Under the pieces are notes generated by a model that made no database searches, was not told where the DNA came from, and saw only the letters and a list, made by a program, of their open reading frames with translations. A DNA stretch of 64,000 nt from Negaprion brevirostris (taxonomy: Eukaryota), in assembly GCA_030324005.1 (NCBI GenBank), contig JARDVH010000140.1, forward strand, positions 20,330,282 to 20,394,281, in the 5' to 3' direction. Shown one piece after another: positions 12,701-24,700 of this stretch (positions are counted from its first letter, which is position 1; each line of letters opens with the position of its first letter). Position numbers and translations under genes: made by a program.

Positions 12701-15700
12701 CTTGTCCGTAAACTATACTTTCTTGGACGATCAATTTTCTGTCAACACTTGCTGTTTAATTTTGACAGGTCAGCCTGTTTTGACAGTTGGCATTTTCTGA
12801 GTACCAGGTAATTTTAGTGAGTTTTTGAAGTCTTTTAGATATACCAAAGATATCAAACAAAATAAATTTCCCATGTATGACAGAAACCTGTCTTGACTCC
12901 TCATTGTTTTCCACAGTCCAGAAAAAATTGGCTTTGGTGATCTCTCTCTAGTTTATCATTTGGAAACCCTTACTCTGTATTGGGTTACCATCCAAATCTG
13001 TATGGCAACCCATACCATACTTTCACACTTCTACAATGAACTGTGTGAAGGTATGGGATGGGTTATTATACAGATTTGTTAAAGCTATTTTTTTTAATAT
13101 CAAGATCTATTCCAGCTGAGTTTACTGCTTTAAGATAATATGTGTATTTTCATAATTGAAAATATAATTAATTGATGTAACCAGTTTTACTAATAGTCAG
13201 CGTTTGAAGTTAAATTATTCAAGTAATATACCTTTCAGCATTATATTGAATTTGGTTAACTTGTGAGGATTTCATTAATATTAAAAGGAACTGTTAATTG
13301 CTAATGAATGGCGTGTCGTAAGTTTTAACATTAAATATTCTCCCAATGAGGCANNNNNNNNNNNNNNNNNNNNNNNNNNNNNNNNNNNNNNNATATATGA
13401 CCTTTAAGTGTGGTGAGGAGGCATCTCTCCAAGATTACAATCATGGGCAAATTTCAGGACTAGATATTTTGCAACAAAACTTTGCATAGTGTTCTAATTT
13501 GACTAATGTAATGTGAAAATGTGTTATCACAGCTTGTATTTAATGGGTTGGCTAAATTTCAAATTGAGATTTGATTCTAATGTAAGCTCAGCTGTTTTTA
13601 AGCTGGCAGAGTTCATTTTGTTTCACTAGAATTCAGGCAACGTAAATTACCAATAAGTTCAAATGGTGTCCTGGCGTGGGTTTCTGATTTTACTGATCAA
13701 TAAACCATGTATTGTCCATAAAGATAAATTGGGGTTTTCTCATCGCTTGTCTTCCAAGCAGCTGCTCTTGCTTTCCCTTCTGAAAGAAACTATTTCTGTG
13801 CCTTGTACCTGGGGTTGCCACTTTTTAACTGGGGCTCTTGCTTTTTTTTCCAATGCTGTGATTCCTTGCTATAATTCTTCACTATTTACAAAGTGCAGCA
13901 AAACGTGTCAAAGGCGTGAAGCGAATGTGGCAGGATTTTCCTATGAAACGCATATTGGAGTATTGTTGAAAACGAGACATGCTATTGAACCTGTACCCTG
14001 TGAGGAGGACACAGAGGTTGCAAAGCTTTACAGGATATTTAAACAGAGGAGAATTTAGTCAATGGAGTAGCATGTGGAGAAGTGTGAAATTATCTACTTT
14101 TGGTAGGTAGAATATAAAAGCAGATTTTTTTTTTAAGGTTAGAAATCAGAAGACGTTGATATTCAGAGGAATTTGGCTGCTCTTTTCCCAAACTTAGAGG
14201 TCCAGCAAGAAATAGTGGGGTTGGGATATAAAAATACTATGCGGTGATCTACGTACATCTTTGGTTTCTGTGCCTTAGAAGAAATGCAGTGTAACTTTGC
14301 TAGAATGATTCTTGGGATAAGAAGGCTCTCCTATGATGAGAGATTGAGTAGAATGAGCCAAATGGGAGATGATTTCACAGACGTAGTTAAAATCCTGAGG
14401 ATTTGACGGCTGAGGGATTGTATCACCCTTGCTGGCGAACTTAGGAGACATGGCTTTCATTAAAGGCACGGGTTGGCTATTTAGCACTGAGATGAGAAAT
14501 TTCTTCACTTGGAGGATTGAGCATCTTTAGATTTTTCTATTCCAGAGGGCTGTGTATGTTCAGTCATTGAATATAAGTCATGACAGAAATTGATAAATTG
14601 CACTAAAGAAATCAAGGAATAGATTGGGAAAGTGGAGTTGATGTCAGTTCAGCAGAAATCTAATGAATATTGAAAAAGCTGGAGCAGGTTTGAGGGGGCG
14701 ATTTGGCCGACTCTAGCTCCTGTTTCTTAGGTTCTTAGTAGAAACAGGAGAGTGGCGCCTGGAAATCGCTTTCCCCAGATTGCAGTACAGTTGTCATAAA
14801 ATATACGACTCAGCTAACTGCTGGCTTTTTGACATAGAACAGCTGAGCCAAAGTAAACATTTTATACTAGTTTCTTTTATGGTGTTTTTCTTTTATAGTA
14901 TCTCTGACGTTTTTAGAGCCCCTTGCCTTTTTGAATGCCCTTGCTTATGCTTGCACAGGTAACAAATTGGTTGCATGGCATGACCTCACTGGAACCAATA
15001 TAAACATTTTAATTCCAAGAGTATTAAATCCTACAATGTCTTGTGATTATGATATATTATGTTGGCCAGCTAATTAGTTGGACATTGCTTGACTCGCTTT
15101 TTTAATAGATGTGTACTTTTATAGTAGCGAGAAGTTTTTCTAAAATTTTTAACTAGTACACCAGTTATTTTTGGAGGTGTTCAAGTTCATCTGTAGAGTC
15201 ATACTTGTACCGTTCCATATCATTTCTGCTAATTTTGTTCTTGTATGATGCATTAGCATTTCAGGAAATTTGACCTAAAGACCCACATGTAAAGTATACT
15301 TTTTAAAATATTACCTTTAAATAATTAAGCTCTGTCATGAGTTAGTATTTCATCTTGTGTGAAATTCCAGAAGTTGCAAATGTAATCCATATCAAGCCTT
15401 CAGCAGTACTCCTGGAAGCCAAAATTATTCATTTTCGTATATAATGGGATAAATTAGAAAGTTGGTCAACTTGCATTGAGTTTGTTTGTTTGTGTTGTCC
15501 ATTATGTCATGGTGCCCAGACTAAATGCATATATAGGGAAAAGTGAAAATTCAGAGTACTTTACTGCTCAGCCTCTCCAGATTCCGGACAAAAGAAAAAC
15601 AGGTAGTTTCTTTTCTCTCATATACTTTATGCAAAGTGGCTTAATAAATGAGATGAAAAGTTCTGTTTGTTCCATATTGGTTTTGTGCAAGTTCACAAAG

Positions 15701-18700
15701 ATTAAAATTCTGTAAACTTAAATTTGCTCAAGTTTAATGCAATTTGGAAGATGCATTTTATTTTAAACTGTCAGAAATCCTATTTTGGAAAAGGGTTAAC
15801 ATTTGTATACGCTGTGCTGTAAGTTTGGGACTTTATTAGGAATTGAGAATACATCCATCCTTGAACATCTAGTTTGCTTCCTCCCCATGAAAATTGTACT
15901 ACCCAGTTGAATGCACTGCTAAGCTCATTGAAGATGAATATTTATTCCTTCCTGCTTTCCCCCTCCAAGTGTACTTGTTACGGGAAAAGCAACTTAAAGC
16001 AATCCGGTGTTCACTGACCTGTAGAAAAAAGATCTCTAACGGTAGTTTTATTAGTTCCTGCTATGACATTTTATGGCAAATGAACAGTCTTGTTTTATTA
16101 AATGGAAAACTGTCATTCTAAATCCTCCAAATTGAATGTCAATGACACAGTCAAGATTCATCACCGGCTAGCATATCTCCCAGTGTTTGCTGCTGAACAC
16201 AAATCATAATGTTTTCCATTGTATGTTGCTTAGTTTCAAAATGCATAGTGGCTTCTTCCGTACTGTGTTAATTGTGGAAGAAACTAAAACTTCTACACAT
16301 GCATAAATTACATATAAGCGTCAACAAAGCCTTGTGGAAAAATAGTCTTGGGGTGTCAACATTTTTTTAAGATTGTAGAAGTACCCTTTTTTATTTAATT
16401 ATATCTATTAAGCAATATTAAAACTTTAATTTATAATATGATATCCATGATGTTTTGAATTTGGGGTGGAGGAATTTGCACCAAGTTCTCAGAATCTCGA
16501 GATTCCTGAAGTCAAAAAATTACAGCCAATGTTTAAGAAATTTTATCTAAGATCTGATGTACACCAGATGAAACGTTTACGCTGCCACTGTTCTCTCTCG
16601 AGGCTGTTGAAGTTCAGTAGCTTGTTTAAATTGAAGAACCATAGTCAAGGACTATCATAGAATCCCTCCGGTACAAAAGAGGGCATTTAACCCATCGAGT
16701 CTGCACCAACTGACAGAGTACCTTACCCAGACTCTCTTCCCCTGTCCTATTCCTGTGACCCCACACATTTACCATGACTAATACATCCAACCTACACGTC
16801 CTGGACATTAAGGGGCAATTTAGCATGGCCAGTCGACCTCACCTGTACAATCTTTGGACTGTGGGAGGAAACCTGTACACCTGGAGGAAACCCTCAGACA
16901 CTGGGAGAACGTGCCCACTCCATGCAGACTGTCACCCAAGGTTTGAATTCGGGTCCTGAGACTCGGGCCGCAGTGCTAATCACTGTTCCACCCCTGGGAA
17001 AATCTAGAGCATTTACTTCAAAATACTTCTACGTCCCTAAAACAAAACTCATCTGGCATGGAGTTTGACTGTGTTTAGACTTGTCACTGAACCAGGTCAG
17101 CGTTGATATCATTGAGGAGAGTCTTAAATCCTTGAAAACAATAGGAGCTTGCTGCAAAAATCTGTAAAAACCTGCATTTGTCACATGAGAAGATTTGAGT
17201 TTCATTTAATACAATCTATTTTGATCAATTTCTTCAATGTTTAATGGGAATTAGTGCTTGTTCACTGCCATTTTCAGCCAATGAAATACTTTTCAAGTGG
17301 AATCAGCATTATAACATAGGGGAGTGCAGCAGCCAGTTCTGCGTGACAAGACCTCACAAACAGCAACAAGATAATTAAGAAACAAGTTATTTTAATGATG
17401 CTCAAGAAGGTATCAAGTTTGATCAGATCACAGGCAAGCTCCCTTCTCCCATTTGAATCATGCTATTAAGTAGGAGAGCAAACTGGGCTTCAGTTTACTA
17501 TCTCATCCAATAGACAACGCCTCCAACTATGCAGCAGTCTCTCAGTACTGCACTGAATTGTTGACGTAAATCATGTGCTCAAGTCTGTCAAGCAGGCCTT
17601 AAAACCACAGGTTTCTGAAGTGGTGTGACTGTTACTGNNNNNNNNNNNNNNNNNNNNNNNNNNNNNNNNNNNNNNNNNNNNNNNNNNNNNNNNNNNNNNN
17701 NNNNNNNNNNNNNNNNNNNNNNNNNNNNNNNNNNNNNNNNNNNNNNNNNNNNNNNNNNNNNNNNNNNNNNNNNNNNNNNNNNNNNNNNNNNNNNNNNNNN
17801 NNNNNNNNNNNNNNNNNNNNNNNNNNNNNNNNNNNNNNNNNNNNNNNNNNNNNNNNNNNNNNNNNNNNNNNNNNNNNNNNNNNNNNNNNNNNNNNNNNNN
17901 CAGTTTCAGCTTGAGAATCGCAGAGCTAGAACAAAAATGAATGGCAGAGGACAGTGTAAATATTCAGGGTACGCCTTGGTTTCAAATATTTTTGCCGTCA
18001 ATAGATTTTAGCATTGGTTTGTACACATTGCAGTTTTAAAGGAGTTCCTTTTAAATCAATAGTGAATTGTGAAACAATGCAGATGTTATCTATTAAAGTT
18101 TTTTTATTAATGTCACAAGTAGGCTTACATTAACACTGCAATGAAGTTACTGTGAAAATCCGTTCTCCTGATCAATATCTGTGTTTAAGATAGTGCTTTC
18201 CAAATGTTTCCTGATACATTTTAATGCCACAGACTTTGTGACCTCAGTTTGAAAATAAAAAGTCGAGTTGTTGACTAGATAGGGGCATAGGGATGGTGGT
18301 TGAGTGTTGTTTGGGGATATATATTGGGGGAGAAAGAGATTAAAACTTCATGGCTTTTCATGACAAAAATGTAGACCCTCCTTTTTATGGGCTCTGCAGT
18401 GTCAAAATACAGTTTGGAACTTCATGGTCACCATTGCTGTCTTGAGCTTATGATCCCAAAATTCCATTCTGTGGCCCACAATTTGGGGATCTCTCCTCTA
18501 AGATATTGTGTATTGTCCTCAAACCATAGAATTCCTATAGTGCAGAAAGAAGCCATTCAGCACATTGGGCCTATACTGACTCTGAAAGAGCACCACACTC
18601 AAGTGCATTTCCTTGCTCTATTCTCATAAACACACTCATTTACCATGGCTAACCTACACATCTTTAGACACTAAGGGGCAATTTGGCATAGCCAGTCTAC

Positions 18701-21700
18701 CTAACCTTCACATCTTTGGACTGTGGGAGGAAACCAAAGGGGAAACACATGGAATCAGGGAGAATGCGTAAACTCCACACAGAATTTCACCAACTGGCTG
18801 TCCAGGCTTTCAGGAAAAAAAGAATGAAACACCATAGATGAAAAGGTGGTAACGCTCCTTGTACAGCTCTTCTACACACGATGACGTAAATCATGACAGA
18901 TGGAATTTGCAAATTTAAACTGAATGGATGAAAACCAGTCAAAATCGAGCCCAGGTGGCTCCCCACTGGTGTGAGACAGCAGTGCTACCCACTATGCCAC
19001 CCTCATGGTCCAATAAACTATTTCCTACCTCAGGTGATATGGCAGCATCTCCCATTAAAGTATTTGCATTAGAATCCATGATTTCTACAACATTTTCTTC
19101 CAATCTTTTCCTTGTTTCCCACCACCCTCATGAAGCTTGCTTAATGTCACCATGGTCTTTCAGGTTATTAGCACTAGCTTTACTTCTATCCACTGGCAAA
19201 TTGACAGTGAGCTTTATGGAGAAGGGAAGATAGTGATTTATGCAATAACAGTAACGTACAGGAATTCTTGCTGTATTACACAGACACAACTATTCCAACA
19301 CTCAGATTGGCATTGTGGAAAGCACAGCATGTAATGCTAACATAGGAATGTAATTGAATATCCACTGCTTTCAGTCTGCAGCACGCAAGAGATTTTTTTT
19401 CCCCCAATTAACTGGCTCCAGTGTTGCTCTGCAGGATTTTGGCAATCAGTTCTAAGGCTTGTGAATTGAGAAAAGTTTTCACAATGCTGCTTGCTCAGTA
19501 AGGTATGTCTGGTTTTTATCCATTCAGTTTAAATTTGCAAATTCCTTCTGTCATGATTTATGTCATGGTGTGTAGAAGAGCCGTACATGGGGTGTTACCA
19601 TCTTTTCATCTATGGTGTTTCACTGCAGTTTTCTGATCAGGGTTTCATTCTTTTTCTCCTGAAAGCCTGGGCAGTCGGTTACAGGTCAGTTCACTTTGAG
19701 ATAAAAAGTGTTTATAATTGCAGCATTTTGGGACTGATTTGTATTTTTTTTAAAGAACACATGAAGTAAACTTGGTTGTCTTTGGAGAGTAATGCTGAAA
19801 AAAAATGATATACTTGATTAAGTGCATCCTCGATGCTTCCTTTCAATGCATATCGTCCAACCATCTCTTCAGTACAGGTTCCTGTAGGTGCCAGTAGTGC
19901 CTGTTGATGTAGGGAGAATTCAGAATTTCTTTAAAATGGGGAAAGCAGTTGTGTATATCATACTGCCAGTGAGTTGTGTTTTTTTTTTAAGTTGAGGACT
20001 AATTATCTGACTTGACACTCAAATCAGTTTCAGAAGTCTACTTTTTCAAAGCAGTGCATTGATATAAAGTGCTTCAATAATTCTTCCACGTTTGATCGCA
20101 CCTCCATGAGATCGGATGGATTTGCAGGTATCACCATGATGAATCATTATGCACAAAAAAATCACTGGCAACCTTCAGTCCATTTTGTAAGCAAACTTTT
20201 CCATTTGTCTGAGAATGCATATAGCTTAAAACTAAGGCATGTCCAAACCTCTCCATATGTTAATAGCTTGAGGAATAAATGTTTTATATTGTGTCAGAGA
20301 CCCAAACTAGTGCACTGGTCTAATCTTCCTAAACATGCAGCTTCCTAAATGTGAATTCATCTGGTGCTCATTACACAATATTTGTTGATGGGACGTTGCA
20401 TTCTTTATCCATTTAGGAAATGTAAAACAAATCTGGATATTGCACACCAAACTTGAAATAGTCCAGGAGGTTCTCCAGGATTGAACAGCAACTTTCTTTT
20501 TTGGCACATTGAGTATAACAAGAGAAAAATGCAATGAAGATAAATATTTCATTGTCATAATGCATCTTCCTCTTTCCTACACCTTCGAAATTTACGAGAT
20601 AATTACAATTGAGGATGGTCTTTTGAACACATCTTCTTCCATCCACTTTGACCTACATTCCCTGCCCAATTGCTGCATCTCTTTGTTAAATGCTTCCAGG
20701 ATTCATATTGCTACTCCTCTCCCTGGAAATCAATTCTAAGTGTTGATCACTCTTTGATATCAAGCCTCATTTGCCATTTATTAATTTGCACGTGAGAACT
20801 TGTCCTACGTTTCCTGTTTCCACTTCCTAAGCTAGTGCTTGTACCTTTAAGATCATCTGTTTTTTTTTACAGGCTGAAACGGTCATGTTTCTATAGCCTT
20901 TTTGCATTTCTTTCAATCCATGGACATCTTCCTTGCTTTTCAGTGATTGGATTATGATTTTAGCCAATTAGTTGGCTTTGTTAATTAGATTTCCGGTTTG
21001 TGTAGGTTCCATTTTTGTTTTTGGTTGATGTATTTGTGTTGGTAAGGAGCTTGAATTGCTGATGACGCCAATATTAGATTTTGCAAACAAATGATTGACA
21101 GGAGGTTTCGGGGTCATCGATATTGTTCGTCAGTCTGATGGTTGTCGCTGTTGACTTTGACATGTAATAGGATAGAAATTGGTAACACTACATGTTCAAA
21201 GAAACAAGGAAATATACTTGGAGTTTGAAGAGACATTGTTGACAATGTACGTGTTTGATGCATTAAGCATTCTTTTCTGTGACTCACCAAAGGAACATTC
21301 TTTCTTGCCCCAGATCTATTAGCATTCTGGAGTGTGCTTTCTAAACAAAGAAATAAAAGCAGGGGTACACCATCAGGTCCTTCAAGCTTGCCCGCAATTC
21401 AAATCGATCATGGCTGATCTACGCTAGCCTCAACTCCTTTTCCCCAAAGCCTTCAATTCCTTGATCTATCAAGTATTTATCTACCTCCACTTTAAATACC
21501 TCTAATGATCCAGCCTCCACTACCCTTTGGGGCAGAGAATTCCAGAGATTCACTGCCCTCTGTGCGAGATGAAATTTCTGTGCATCTCAGTTTTAAAGGA
21601 CCAGCCCTTTATCTTGTAGGTATGTCGTCTTGTTCAAGACTTTTCCATTAGTGAAAACATCTCATCTACCCTGTCAAACCCCGTCAGGATCTTTTATGTT

Positions 21701-24700
21701 TGAATAAGGTCACGCCTCACTCTGGAACTCCAAGAAATACAGACCCCCTCATCCCAGAAATTAGGCTGGCGAATTTGTACTGCCTCCATTGTTACTATAT
21801 CCTTTATAGGGTCAAGGGATCAAAAGTATATGCAGTATTCCAGTAAGGCCTGCTTTGTTCCCTTATCTCTGTTGAGCAGGTATTTAAAAATGACCGTTTA
21901 CTAATTATGTAGCTGCTTGATATTTTAAGAACAAACAAAAAAGCTGTTCATTTAGACATTTCCAAAATTGGGATTACACCCTTCTATAATATAATTATCT
22001 AGATAAAGATTTTAGTTGGTTTGTATTTTTTCCTTTTATAGTTTTGAATGTATTTAAATAACTGATTTGTCCTGAGGCATGTGCACTTAGTTTTGTACTT
22101 CCAACAAATTGGTTGGCTGTCTTTTGTACTCCCAACAAATTGATTGGATGCCTTTTGGTATTAACCAGAGGAATTTCAATGGCAGTCTATTAGGTTAACT
22201 AGGGAGTGTAGATGGTTTTTGGAACAAGGCCAGAAATGTTTATGTAATCACTCACGTCTTCTGACTTGGCCAGTCAGCTAAGATCAAATGTCAGGTCAAA
22301 GCCAAGATGAGGTGTAGTACCTTTTCTTGTCAGCTTGGATCTCGTGTGCGGATCATGAACTGGATTCAATTTGAATTTGTTTTTGGAGCAAGCAAGGAGA
22401 TTGATTAGCAGATTGCCCTATCCATTCTGTGCATTGGCTTGGAATTTTTAAAAATGGCACAAAACCTTTTTAAAGAAGTATCTCTTCTAAAGATGTGGGT
22501 TCTTGCTAAATTTCATTTGATCTGAATCCCCTTCTCCTCTATGTCAATACTTCAGTTTAATCAAAGGTCAGTTTTTGGATTCCAGTGTGAATTGGATTTT
22601 TAAAAATTCACTCATGGGACATATGCTAGCCTTGCCAGCAATGCATATATTGCCCATCCTTAATTGTCCTTGACAAGTGGTGGCAAGCCACTTTCTTGAC
22701 CTTGTGTGCTTCATGGGGTATAGGTGCACTCAGTGCTGTTTAAAAAAAAGAAATGAGTTCCAAGGTTTTGACCAAGCCACAGAGGATAAATGGTGTTAAT
22801 TTTCAAATCAAGGTAGGAGATAGGAGGGAACTTGCAGTGGTGGTGATCCCATGCATCTCCTGCCTTTGTGTTTATAGGTGGCAGAGGTCTCGGGGTTGGA
22901 AGCTGCAATCAGTTGAGCCTTGGTAAATTGCTAATACACATCTTGTAGATGGTACACACTGCTGCCACTGTATGGCATTGGTGGATGGGATGGATGTTTA
23001 AGGTGCCAATTGGTGCTTTCCTCTGGGTGGTGTTGAGTATTGTTGGAGTTGCATTCCTCTGGGCAAGTGGAGAGTATTTCATCACCCTCCTGACCTGTAC
23101 CATGTAAATGGTGGATAGGCTTTGGGGAGTCATGATTTAAATCACTTGCCTTGGAATTCTGGCCAGATTTGCATTAAGATGAAGGAAGAATGGGCCAAAA
23201 GTGAGGTTATTTGAGCATAATAAGCTTAGTTGGATCTTTTGAGGGGATGGGGAGGCAGGGAGGTGTTGTACATCAAGCATACATTTGAAGACTCACGATA
23301 GAACCCTTCACCATATCTGTGACTAATTGTCAAAGCATTGATTTAGCAGTGGAATGTTTTTTCCACATGAACTTTAGACGCCATGCCTTCTGGGAAATAC
23401 CACTACATTAAGCCAAGTCAATTTTAAGGCTTCACTTCTTCCCTGTCCCTTACTTATCTTTTAATTGCTTATTCCTGCCCCTCCGAACCCGTATCTCCAC
23501 TCGTTAAAGGAGCTCCTTTTTTTCAAGGAAAATTAATGTCAATATCAGTTGTATGCGTGAGCAATTGTTTATGCGATGATAAAAACCTACCAAAAGTATT
23601 TGAGAACTTATGAGCCATTTATTTAATTTCAAACAAATGAAGTTGCATTGTAGAATGAGTTAAGTGACTTGAGAAGATTTTGTTTATTTGCCTGTAATTC
23701 ATCTCTCGACAGTATTTGGTGGTCCAAATGTAGGATGGCAACCAAAATCAGGCTTAAAAAATTCATTTTCCAAATTCAAATTGTTTATTGCATTTTAATG
23801 TGTTAACCAGCAGGAGGAGTTGTTTTTCTGTTTGCCAGCACACCCAAAAGGTAGCTATATCGCAGTGAGCTGTTTGTGATGTTGTATTTTATTGCACTTG
23901 CATTTTTAATGCACAACTTTGTAAATGCTGTCTGCATATATAAACTTCACCTATTAATTGTGTAAGTATTTCACTTTTTTCCAGAAACATAATTATGTAA
24001 TTTCCCAAACCTATGTAAATCCTTCTGTTTTTATAAGATGACTCTCTGTATTAGAGATCAATTGAACCTGTATAGACAAACTTGTCAAATGACTCCCTTT
24101 CAGGCTTATCTGATTTTTGCTTTTGAAAAACAAAAGAAACAAACAAATGTGGCAAGATATTTGCATTTTATTCTATTGGAATAGAGGGTTGTTTTTCAAA
24201 CTGGAGGCCTGTGACCAGCAGTGTATCTCAGGGATCAGTGCTGAGTCCACTGTTGTTTGTTATTTATATTAATTATTTGGATGAGAATTTAGGAGGCATG
24301 GTTGGTAAGTTGCCAGCTAACACTAAGATTGGTGGTACAGTGGACAGTGAAGAAGGTTATCTAGGATTGCACCAGGATCTTGATCAATTGGCCCAGTGGC
24401 TTGATGAATGGTAAACGTGAGGTGATGAATTTTGGTACACCGAAACAGGGCAGGACTTACTCAGTTACTTGTAGAACACTGGGGAGAGTTATAGCACAGA
24501 GATCTAGAGTACAGGTTCATAGGTCCTTGAAAGTGGAGTCATAGGTGGATAGGGTGGTGAAGAAGGCATTCGGTATGCTTGGTTTCATTGGTCAGAACAT
24601 AGAATACAGGAGTTGGGACATCTTGTTGAAGTTGTATAAGACATTGATAAGGCCACATTTCAAATACTGTGTACAGCTCTCGTCAGCCTGTTACAGAAAG

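Noticed and set aside
17625-18011. ORFs spanning N runs (also near 2009, 36936, 40239, 41535, 50541 and 61479)
   Set aside because: They are open only because the gaps translate as X.
21059-21138. Possible C/D box snoRNA (TGATGA ... CTGA, ~80 nt)
   Set aside because: No terminal stem, no rRNA or snRNA antisense element I recognise, and far from an acceptor. The boxes are expected by chance.
22090-22157. 31-bp tandem duplication (also a 21-bp one at 27219-27260)
   Set aside because: Two-copy slippage duplications without spacers; not CRISPR-like and not evidently functional.
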